DNA of 64,000 nt from Naegleria gruberi. Lineage: Eukaryota. The stretch is taken from the NCBI GenBank assembly GCA_000004985.1, contig GG738853.1, one strand, 5' to 3'. The notes under the pieces were generated by a model. It saw nothing but the letters and a program-made list of their open reading frames with translations. It ran no database searches and was not told the origin of the DNA. Below are positions 33,401 to 43,367 of the stretch, in pieces. The position numbers and the translations under genes were made by a program. Position 1 is the first letter of the stretch. Every line of letters begins with the position of its first letter.

Positions 33401-36400
33401 GAGCCAACAGAAATTAAAGGCGATTTGTTAAAATGCTCACTTAAAAAGATAGAATTTTTAAATGATGAAGAAGAAATTGACTGGGATGATAGACACAAGT
33501 CCATTAAATGGGTAGAAGTTGATGAGGAAGAGGAAGCAAGAAAATTGAAGGAATTGGAAGAAAAGAAGCAAAGAGAGAAGGAGCAAAAGGAAAATGAAAA
33601 GAAAGGCATTAAAAAGAAGGAAGAAAAGAAGCCAGCCGCAACAAAAACTACCAAAGCAGAAGAAAAGAGTGAGCCACAAGAAGCCAAACCAAAGAAATTA
33701 GTTACCAAGCGTATGGAGGTTACTGATCCTGAACCTCAACACAATATTATTGGAGACATTTCTGAAAAGTCTGTTGCTGTCTATACTAATGCTGATTATG
33801 CCAAATTTGAAATTAATACCACTGATGTTGTATTTTCTACCACCAAAATGTTTGAAACACGTATTCATAATGTCACTCTTAAGAATATTGGCAAAGTTTT
33901 GCTCAACTTCTCATGGAGTAGTTCTCAATATATTGATGGTCCTTTCGAGCTGGAAACTAAGCAAGGACAAATCAAACCAGGCGAACAAACTATCTTTACT
34001 ATCAAATATGCTCCTCAAGATGTAGACAAACATGAAGAAATATTTACATGTTATATTGATAATATTGAACCTTCTTGCAGTATTCCTAGTGTTAGAGTTT
34101 CAGGCATTTCTAAATGTCCACTCGTTCACTTTGAATTGCCACCAAGTGATTATTTGTCAGGAGGAAGAAGAAAGGCATCCATGTTCCAAAATCAAGAAAT
34201 AGAATCATTAATTGACAAGGATAAGACAAGAGTCATTGAACTTTATTCTTGTGGTATCAAAGTTAAAAATACTAAGCGTTTCTACATTCTCAATCCTACC
34301 GATGTGGACTTTAAGTATAGTTGGCAAAAGATCCAAAGTGATCCAAACGCTGAAGACAACTCCTTCTCATGCTTGACCAGAACTGGTATCATCAATAGTG
34401 GTAAAAAGTCAGAAATTATCTTTGAGTATGTTCCTTATACTATTGAAACAAAAGAATCTCTTTGGATGTTTAGTATTCCTTCCAGAAACTTGAATATACC
34501 ATTCTTGGTTGTAGGACATGCTAAAGAACCAGAAGTTTTCCTGGATACCGCTCGTGTAAACTTCCAAACTGTATTGGTGGGTGCTAAGTCCTCCCAATCT
34601 ATCCATCTTATCAATAGAGAGCCTATCCCATTCAGTTTCAGCTTTGACCAAACAGAATTCTTTGAAGATAATCAAACCGATAGACAGCCAGTACTTTTAC
34701 TTTCTCCAAAGAGTGGAACAATACCAGCAGATTCTACTATTCCAATCACATTACTTTACACTCCTACAGCCGAAAGCTCATTCAACTTCCAAGTTGCCTG
34801 CAGAGTAAAGAAGAAGCCATCTCTTCTCACATGCAACGTCAAGGGAGAAGGATTCCTTGTTCATGAAAGTTTAGAAGTATCTGATGAGTCCATGACTAGA
34901 GTCGTTCCAGTATCCTTCAAAGAAAATAGTAATGTTGACTTTGAAAGAGCCCAAATTAACGAAAAGAAAATTAAGAAGGTTATTATAACAAATCACGGAA
35001 ACTATAACTTTGACTATCAATGGTTCCATGCAAAGAACAAACTCATTACTATTAATCCAGATAGAGGAACTGTGTTCAAGGGAGGCAAACAAATTTGTGA
35101 CATCATTTTTAACCCAACAGCACAAGTCAAATTAGCTGGATACAAGTGTATTTGTAAGGTTACGAATAGTAATTCCTATGTCCTTAACTTATTCGGATCA
35201 GGTGCTCAACCAAAAATCAACTTTAGTTTCCTTCAATATGACTTTGGAGCTCACTTTTTATATCATCAAGGCATGGATAAAAGTCCATCAACAATGCTTA
35301 AAATTGAAAATTGTGATGAAAAGGATATCAGTTTTGAAATGCTCTACGATAACAAACCGCATTTGGAAGTTGAAGCCTCTGCCACAGTGCTAAAACCAGG
35401 AGAGAGCAGACAAATCAAGGTTTACTTTAGACCAAGAGAAATCAAACTCTATAAGGAAACTGTCATGTTCGAAATTAATGGTCTGTATAAGACAAGTGTA
35501 ATCTTCACTGGCGAAGGAACTGCATCAAAAGTTGAATTGTCAAACCCTGTTGATAAGGTAATTAATTTAGGATCAATCAGAGGAGGTGAAGTTATCACCA
35601 AATATGTTAATATTGTGAATAAGAGTAAGATTACAGCAAATGTTTCCTTATTGAAAGAAACTTTGGATCAATTAGCCAAGTGTTATATTACCTTGAGTCC
35701 AAAGACTGCTTTCTCGATCCATCCAAGGCAAGAAGCACAAATTGGCCTAACATTTAAACCAGAATCACGACTTTCAACATTCAATGTTGAACTAAATGCT
35801 TACATAGACGGAAGAATCAAACTTCTTTCAAATGTGACAGGTTCTTGCCAGGGTGTAGAAGTCAAGCTAAACACTTCAACCATTGCTTTTGGACCAGTTG
35901 TTCAAAACACTGTAGTTGTTAGCAGGGCAATTATAGAAAATACAGGAGATATTGGTGTTAATTACAAGTGGAATACCAAAGGCCTTTACAGTGCATTTTC
36001 TATCAAGCCGTTACAAGGATTCATTCCTCCTAATGAAGAAGCATTATTGGAAATCACATACTCTCCAACAAAGATAGATACTACTGGTCAATCTTCTACA
36101 ATAGAATGTAAACTAGATTCACTTAGAGATCCTATTCCTATGACAATCAGTGGTATTTGTGTAGAAAAACCAAAAGGAAAAGAAACTTTGTCATTCAGAG
36201 TTGCTGTCAGACAAAAGCAAAACAAATCCGTAAAGATTGACAATCCAACAAAGAGTGATTGGAGATTAAAACCAGTAATTGATAATCCATTCTGGAGTGG
36301 ATTGGAATATCTTGAAGTACCAGCAAATAGTACTCGAGAATATGAAGTTACATATGCACCATTATCAATGACATTGAACTCTCCACATAAGGGAACGCTA

Positions 36401-37651
36401 TTTTTCCCATTACCTGACGGAAAAGCTATCCTTTATGAGTTGTCTGGTGAATCATTAGATCCATTGCCAGCTGGATCAATTATTAAGGATTTATATGCAA
36501 AGGAGCACCATATTGAAACTCTTTTCGTTGAAAATTGGCTCGGGAAGGCCCAAAGATTTGCTGTTATTCTTGACGACCTTAATATCAAGTCACCTAACCA
36601 ACTTACTGCTGTTAATTATATTGATGTACCACCAATTTCCAAGAGAGAATACAAGTTCAGCTTCCTTCCTTTCAAGGACGGTCAATTTGAAGGAAAGGTT
36701 AGATTTGTTAACGAAGAAACCAAAGAATTTATTTATTATAATGTCAAGTTTAACGTGTTGAAAGCGAGATCTTCAGAAGAAATTGTAATGGAAACTCCTG
36801 TTAGACAAAAGATTGTCAAGACAGTAACTGTAGAAAATCCATTAGAAAAAGAATCTGTTCTTGCTGTCAAATGTGACTCTACAGATATTATTGTTTCCTC
36901 TGAACTAAGAATACCAGCCAAGTCATTTGCTAAATGTGAGTTTGTTTATCTTCCGTTATTGGTTTCCGATCCTAAGAAGGCCAAGTTGACTATTGGAAAT
37001 GATGAATTAGGTATTTTCCCATTCGATTTATTATTGAAGCCAATTGCCAAAGTTTCTGAAAGAAGTACACACTTTTCGGTATCTCTTGGTAGTTCTCAAA
37101 CTCAAACTATTAGATTTGTAAACTTTGCCAGGCAAGCCACTGAGTACACATGCAAGATCGAAGACAACCAAACTGATTTTGCTCTTGTGGACAAACCTGT
37201 TGTCAAAGCTCCACAAGCAACCTCATTAGAAGGAAATGAGATTAGTCTTGATGTTACCTATGAACCAACAATGACTGGTGCAACTAAGGCAAAATTGATT
37301 CTTACATCTCCAATTGGTGGTGAATATGTTTTTTGGTTGTTTGGAAAATGTTCTCCTCCAAGAGCACAAGGTCCTATTGAAATTATTCCAAACGGAACTT
37401 CTCAAATTACATTCAAGAATGTTTTCGATAAGAAGACTGACTTTAAGTTTGTAATTGACGACCCTTCAAACAGTTTCAGTGTCAAACCAGATAATGCATC
37501 CATGACAGTCAAACAAAAACTTCCACTTACTATCTCTTACAAACCTTCAAGTGCTGCATCTTCAAAGGTAACATATGGAAAACTCACTATTAGCTCTAAG
37601 GGAAGTCAACTCACTTGGTTGTATTATTTGATGGGAAAACCTAATAATTAA
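24441..37651 (+). CDS. HYDIN: HYDIN homolog (hydrocephalus-inducing; flagellar central-pair C2b projection protein); 3 exons, join(24441..24698, 24747..24963, 25002..37651), about 4374 aa
   Basis: The N-terminal exons align to human HYDIN: 'FPNQIIFKDFEAPGNYKETISFRNND|VSRRISIFAPKSRFFKVEP...VAPGLDVTFNVFFSPDEKIDYSCDLIVRTEQDEFTVPIIAIGLR|ALLDLPESVTFDDAPVKHTSSKVIYVRNIG', compared with human 'FQNYTPCEVYEVPLVLRNNDKIPRLVKV...FIVPIKARGARAILDFPDKLNF..CPVKYSTQKILLVRNIG'. A single 12.65-kb exon follows, made of dozens of ASH/PapD-like beta-sandwich repeats ('IDFG.V', 'N.G....F'). Introns are 48 nt and 38 nt, and the phases sum to 13125 nt. Confidence 0.85.
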
Positions 37652-37988
37652 ATTAATAATTTTATATTAAAATTGTTGAGCTTTTTTATTTCAACTAAAA
37701 TTCCAGCTTTGGAATTGTACTTACCAACTTTATTTTCAAAAAGTATTTGTGTGTTATTTGAATTTTTGAGTTTTTTTATTGTAGGTGTATGTGTTGTGAT
37801 TATGTGTTATTCAATCTGTTTGCCTAATCATCTTCACATGTGGTGTGGTTGTGAGTTTTATTGTGGTGGAGTGTCAAAATTGGAATTTTGTGGAAGTGGT
37901 GAATTGGATGGGGTTGATGTTGTGGAAAGTGTGGTATTAGTGATGATGTTAATTGGTTGTTTGTGTTAACCAATTAAAAAGTGTTGAA

Positions 37989-39545
37989 TTATTCAAAGTT
38001 AAAGTTGGTGTTGTTTTGTTGCATACCAGTAAACACGAATTGATTATTTTGTGTGGTTTGTGGTTCCTCATCATCATCATCAAGACCAAAGTATTCTTCT
38101 ACAATCTTGTATGCCTTCTTATAAATTTCTTCACTAGCGTGATCTGTCAAACTTTCAAGTTTATCAACACCTCCGGCTTCTTCAATAAAGTCTGTGTATG
38201 GATTGATACCATCAATATCATCAGCAATGCTTGAACCAGAAGCTAAAATATTTTCAATACCTTCCAAAGCAACGCCAACAACCTTGACATCCTTGACTGA
38301 GAGTAATTCGCAAAGTGGTTTAATACAACCTCTATCTACTAAATATCTTATTTGTTCATCTGAACCTCCTGATGTAGCGTTAGAAATAGCCCAAGCAGCT
38401 TCCTTCTTAACGTCAAAATCACCTGGTTGATCCAAGATTGCCACCAAAGGTGGAATAATATTAGCATCAATAATTGTTTGAATTTGATCCTTGTTTCCGG
38501 CAGTAATGTTAGAAATTGTCCAACAAGCTTCCTTCTTAATACTCTTCTTTTGATGTTGAAGAAGTTGACACAAAGATGGAAGAGCGCCACAATTCAAAAC
38601 GACTTGTGTTTGTTGATCATTACCAGTAACAATATTACCAATAGTTCTCAAGGCTGGTGTTTGAACGGATGGTTGTGGATGCATAAGTAATTCAACAAGT
38701 CTTCTAACAACATTTGAATCAATAACAGCTTGAATTCTATTGTTTGGACCGTCTGAGAGGTATGAAATTGCCCAACAAGCGTCAGTAAGAACTTCTTCGT
38801 CAGAGTTGTATAAGAGATGAGCCAAAGTTGGCAAGGCTGGAGCAACAAGATTAAAATCAGGGATTGGTTTACCTCTACAAAGGTTGGAAACAGTCCATGT
38901 AGCATTTCTGAGAATTGTAACTTTTGGTTGTTCAGAAATGATAGACAACAATGGAACCATAACTCCCATTTGTAAAATATAATCTCTACATTTAGCAGAA
39001 TCACCAGCAATATTACCCAAAGCCCAGATAGATTGTTCTCTAACATCATCATTTGGACATCCGAGAAGTTGAATAAAGATTGGAACAGCATTGCTTCTAA
39101 TGACTGTTTCAGTATGTTCGGAGGTACCTGAAGCAATGTTTGTGAGGGCCCAACAGGCTTCAAATTGGAGGGCAGCGTGGTCGACTCTTTGCAAAAATTC
39201 AACAAAGATTGGGACAACACCAGTAGAAATAACTTCATCGATAGGTGGACTCTTTTCCATGGACAAGAGTTTTCTGAATTGAACGGTAGCTTCTAATTGG
39301 AGTGTTGGATTACCAGACTTGACTTGTTCGAGAAGGAGTGGAAGTTGGTTAAGTTTTTCTTGGATGAGAGGATCGTGAATTGTTGCGCCTGTTGTGTTTT
39401 CCTTTCTTCTCTTTTGCAAGAGTTCATCTCTCATCTTCTTTCTGAGAGATGATTGTTTATCCATTCTCTTTATTTTACCATCTTCTGCGCTGAGTGTTGA
39501 CTTTAGGTTTTTTCTAGTTGGTGTCTTTTGATTGCTGGAGTACAT
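37989..39545 (-). CDS. KPNA: importin subunit alpha (karyopherin alpha), canonical form, single exon
   Basis: It has an N-terminal IBB domain ('RMDKQSSLRKKMRDELLQKRRKE') and ten armadillo repeats carrying the conserved Trp/Asn NLS-binding residues ('LQFEACWALTNIASG', 'EQSIWALGNIAGD', 'RNATWTVSNLCRG', 'TDACWAISYLSDG', 'KEACWTISNITAG', 'KEAAWAISNATSGG'). The C-terminus is acidic. Confidence 0.85.
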   Translation of the reverse strand: MYSSNQKTPTRKNLKSTLSAEDGKIKRMDKQSSLRKKMRDELLQKRRKENTTGATIHDPLIQEKLNQLPLLLEQVKSGNPTLQLEATVQFRKLLSMEKSPPIDEVISTGVVPIFVEFLQRVDHAALQFEACWALTNIASGTSEHTETVIRSNAVPIFIQLLGCPNDDVREQSIWALGNIAGDSAKCRDYILQMGVMVPLLSIISEQPKVTILRNATWTVSNLCRGKPIPDFNLVAPALPTLAHLLYNSDEEVLTDACWAISYLSDGPNNRIQAVIDSNVVRRLVELLMHPQPSVQTPALRTIGNIVTGNDQQTQVVLNCGALPSLCQLLQHQKKSIKKEACWTISNITAGNKDQIQTIIDANIIPPLVAILDQPGDFDVKKEAAWAISNATSGGSDEQIRYLVDRGCIKPLCELLSVKDVKVVGVALEGIENILASGSSIADDIDGINPYTDFIEEAGGVDKLESLTDHASEEIYKKAYKIVEEYFGLDDDDEEPQTTQNNQFVFTGMQQNNTNFNFE

Positions 39546-39844
39546 TCTTATTTACACTTGTTGAGTTATTTTTTTTCTTCGTGGAAATTATTTTTGAACA
39601 CGCGCCAAATGGTTTTTGAAGTTTTGTAAAGCATTCCGTCCAACAGTGGATTTTGTCTTGCCAAAAAGATTCTCGAGAGATGACAGCCAGAATAAAAGTA
39701 TTAATACATTTGTTTCACTGTACAATCTTTGAAATAAAGAATGATGGTCCAAAGTTTCAAAAAACAAATTGAATTAGGAACAACTGAATGTCATTTTGAA
39801 GGATATTGAGCTTTCTTTTAGAATGACCGTTAATAATTTAAAAA

Positions 39845-40927
39845 TTGATATTTATTGCCAATTACTTGAAAAAAATGAAAAATGAGCTAGAACCAAAGAG
39901 AAAAAAGATAAAACGAGAGTTTAGCTTGCCAAGTGAAATAATTATATTAATAATTGAATATTCGGCTTGCAACACCAAAATATTGACTAAATTTTCTTTA
40001 ATTAATAATCAATTTCATTCAATAATTTATGACAGCTCTTATGGATTGTGGGATCATTTACTTGTGAGATATCCCTTCCGAATGAATCCTCCGAATTTAT
40101 CAATTATTAAAAAAATATATTTCGATTTGGAGGAAGATGATGAAGTTGATGTAAAATTTACTAGAGTTCAAGAGTTTACTTTTAAAAATGATTCTAAGGA
40201 GTGTATTACATTGATTGTCAATTGTATCAATTCTGAACAAATATCCAAAGTTACATTCTTTGGAGAGACGAGACCAAGCCTTGTGAATTATTTAATAGAT
40301 CATTTCTCAAATCTTAGAGAGTTGGTACTGAATGATTTTGATTTCCAAGAGTGGGATGGGGAATATGATTTTTCTTTCAAACAAACCCCTTTGCTTGAAA
40401 GTTTTGTTTTTGTGGAGGAAACTGACGAATACTCTGGTTGCTACAACGAACCAAATGATACAAATTTCTTCTTTAATGTATTTACAAAGTATTCATTTAG
40501 CAATCTTCAAAAAATTTGGTTTGAACCATATTATTCTAATATTGAATTATTCAAGTTTGTGGAACAAATCAAACATCTCAATTCTCTAAAGCATTTGCAA
40601 GTGACATTATCCTTATGGGATTTTACACCAATTCCATCCTATGCAACTTTGCCACCATTGATTGAGGAAATTCAATTCAAATGTGCTTTTAAAGTATTTG
40701 CAAAATTCCTAATTGCTTACTTTAATCATCCAAAGGTTTACATTCAGTTTTCTCCCTCAGAACATTTCCTTGGAGATACAAGTATTCAGTTTATGACCAC
40801 TGATGAGCTTATTGAAGAATTGATAATGGATAAGGAAAGAAAAGAAGAGCTTAAAAGTTTGATTAATGAAAAAAGATATTTGGGAAAAATTGAATGTATG
40901 GATAAATCGTACAGTGGATCTGAATAA
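39845..40927 (+). CDS. F-box-like protein (hypothetical)
   Basis: The N-terminus has a basic stretch followed by 'FSLPSEIIILIIEYSACNTKILTKFSLINNQFHSIIYD', which resembles an F-box. The rest is unassigned. Confidence 0.4.
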   Translation: MIFIANYLKKMKNELEPKRKKIKREFSLPSEIIILIIEYSACNTKILTKFSLINNQFHSIIYDSSYGLWDHLLVRYPFRMNPPNLSIIKKIYFDLEEDDEVDVKFTRVQEFTFKNDSKECITLIVNCINSEQISKVTFFGETRPSLVNYLIDHFSNLRELVLNDFDFQEWDGEYDFSFKQTPLLESFVFVEETDEYSGCYNEPNDTNFFFNVFTKYSFSNLQKIWFEPYYSNIELFKFVEQIKHLNSLKHLQVTLSLWDFTPIPSYATLPPLIEEIQFKCAFKVFAKFLIAYFNHPKVYIQFSPSEHFLGDTSIQFMTTDELIEELIMDKERKEELKSLINEKRYLGKIECMDKSYSGSE

Positions 40928-41264
40928 TTATCTGTATAAAACAGTCAACTGATAAACATTCAGATTGAATAGTCTAAAAATGTTTTTTGTTGAATCGAAA
41001 CCAATTAGTAAATTGTATTAAAAAGAAACAAAAAACCTTTCCAGCTCTTCTCAAATTTCTTTCCTGAATCTTTTCTAGAAACACGTAAGAGTCACATGTC
41101 ACCATCATCATAATATAATCATAATCAAAAAAAACAAAAACATTATTTGTGATTACCACTGTCACATAATATCATCAGATTGAAGAAGTATCCAAAGTAG
41201 TGTACTACTAATCCCCTGTAAACAAACCATTCATTTACTGTTCCTGATTTGTGAGTGATTCGAA

Positions 41265-42566
41265 ATGGCAACTCTCACACAAGCAATACAAGAAGACACC
41301 ACAACAGATATCAAATCCGCTTGCAGTAATGCAACAACTCACCCTCATCATCAGCATTCCAATGAAGCTACAAAGAGCACGTCTCTGAACAAAACCAATA
41401 ATATTACCATCAAAGAAAATGAAACGATGAGTCTCAAGGAAGTCTCAAGTTTTTCAGTGATGGAGGGAATAAGTTTACAGCAACAACAAAACGGAACCCA
41501 ACATCAACAACATCAGCATAGCACGAGTACTTCTTCTTGTTGTTCAACATCATCGATAGAAAATTCAACAACACAAGATGATGATCAACATACAAAAGAG
41601 GATATTATTTCAAATAGTAATTTATTATCAAAGAAAATTATTGAATCATTGAATGATTCGAAATGTAATATAGAAAAGAGTAACGGAACATCTAAAGTTT
41701 TAATCTATTTAATTATCGGAATTTTTGTAGTTTTAATTTCTTATTTATTAATGATGAATGGGAGCAGTTTACTTCATCATGTTATCAATTTATCAATACC
41801 ATCAACAACAGCAGCTATTGCAAAATCTACAGACACTAATTTATTGAATAACGCAGTAACAGAAAAAGCAAATGTTACTAAAAAGAAGGAAAAAAAGAAT
41901 AAGATTAATATTCTTTCTGGATTGTATAAACCTGAAACTTATGGTATTGCTAAATATATTAAGCCATTAGAACCCAAGACAAGAATAATGGGAAGAAGAG
42001 AAATGTAAGTTTACAATATTAGATCAGTAATTTACCATTTTAGGATTAATTTTCCTCAACTTGGAGTTATTAATTTATTAGCAAAGGTAGATTCAGGTGC
42101 CAAGACAAGTTGTCTGGACGTGGCTAATATCAGATATAACAAGGCAGCAAAGACTATTAGTTTTGATGTTGTACTTGACAGACACAATAGAAGTATTGTT
42201 CAAACAATTCTTGATTTCCCATTTTCTAATACGACAAAAACTGTAATGTCTTCCAATGGACATATTTCGACACGTTATGTTTTGAAAACTATTGTTACAA
42301 TTGGTCCTGAATTCCAAGATCAAGTTGCAGAATTCACTCTTGTTGAAAGACACAAGCTTGCATGTCCTGTTTTAATTGGTAGAAATATTATTAGAATGGG
42401 AGGCTTTTTAGTTGACTGCAATAAGAAATTTATTACTGGTAAGAAACAGACAACTGTTGTAAAGGAGCCAATTCACATCCCTAACTTGTTGGACTATCCT
42501 ATTCCTTCACCTCCTAAAAAGAAGTCAAAGAAAAAGAAAATCAAGACTCCTGAGAAAAAGCAATAG
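41265..42566 (+). CDS. membrane-anchored retropepsin-like aspartic protease; 2 exons, join(41265..42004, 42044..42566), about 420 aa
   Basis: Exon 1 is S/T/Q/N-rich with one transmembrane helix ('VLIYLIIGIFVVLISYLLMM'). Exon 2 reads 'INFPQLGVINLLAKVDSGAKTSCLDVANI...SSNGHISTRYVLKTIVTIG...EFTLVERHKLACPVLIGRNIIRMGGFLVD', then a K-rich tail. It has the D-S-G-A catalytic motif and the C-terminal 'LIGR' dimerisation/flap motif of retropepsins. The spacing and flanking residues resemble the bacterial RimK-associated 'putative ATP-dependent zinc protease' (PF05618/DUF785-type) fold more than DDI1. A 39-nt intron (GTAAGT...TTTTAG) joins the exons in frame. Confidence 0.5.
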
Positions 42567-42568
42567 TA

Positions 42569-43276
42569 TCAATTTAATAAATAGTCAAGTGCCATGTCAA
42601 AATTGCCATTGGCTTTTTTGAGTGCATTCTTGATTACATTCATATCAGTAATCATTGGAAAGAAATCCTTAATCCAATTTGCATTATATTCATCAAGATC
42701 AACTGAAGATTCCTCAATCTGAAGAGTCTTCTTTTCAAATTCTATCAAATGACGAATGAACCCATAATTTGGTGAGATGGCTTTTCTTCTTTCTTTAACA
42801 TAGGAAATTGTATCTTTGAGATTTGTTCTGAAATGATCTAATATGAAAGAAATAACCATTGAGCTAGATCTGGAAATTCCTGCTTGACAATGAACCAAAA
42901 CACAACCTTTCTCTTCCAAACATTGTTTGAGAAATTCTAATGCATCAGGGATATGAGCAATAAGATTTTCATTAGGAGAATCATCAATTGAAATCTTTCT
43001 ACATTTGAGAGTCAGTACATGTTTGGTTTTAATTTCATTGGTTACATTCAAAATGTGAGTAATTCCCTTTTCCTCTTTTAAAAATTGAACATCCAACTCT
43101 GCTGAATAGTGTGGCCCTAAATATAAGAAAGGATGACCATGGGTATCAGCACCATCTTTAATAAATTGTATTTTACTTTTATCTTGATCGGAGTAGGAGA
43201 GAATGAGATTTGCTGAGAAGGAACCACAATCTGACATTTTTTTTGAACTTGATTCTTTTAATAGTTTGGCCAACAA
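42569..43276 (-). CDS. dual-specificity protein phosphatase (DUSP) with a C-terminal UBA/CUE-like helix bundle
   Basis: The catalytic P-loop 'VLVHCQAGISRSSSMVISFIL' (HCxxGxxRS) is present, with an upstream 'DDSPNENL' general-acid region. The C-terminal 'NVIKNALKKANGNFDMALDYLLN' is UBA-like. Confidence 0.7.
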   Translation of the reverse strand: MLAKLLKESSSKKMSDCGSFSANLILSYSDQDKSKIQFIKDGADTHGHPFLYLGPHYSAELDVQFLKEEKGITHILNVTNEIKTKHVLTLKCRKISIDDSPNENLIAHIPDALEFLKQCLEEKGCVLVHCQAGISRSSSMVISFILDHFRTNLKDTISYVKERRKAISPNYGFIRHLIEFEKKTLQIEESSVDLDEYNANWIKDFFPMITDMNVIKNALKKANGNFDMALDYLLN

Positions 43277-43367
43277 AAAAATAACGTTACAAGATTTTCG
43301 CGCCTAATACTTTCCCGCCTTACCAAGATGTTAACAACTTGTTTTTCAACTCAAAAAAAATAACAAA

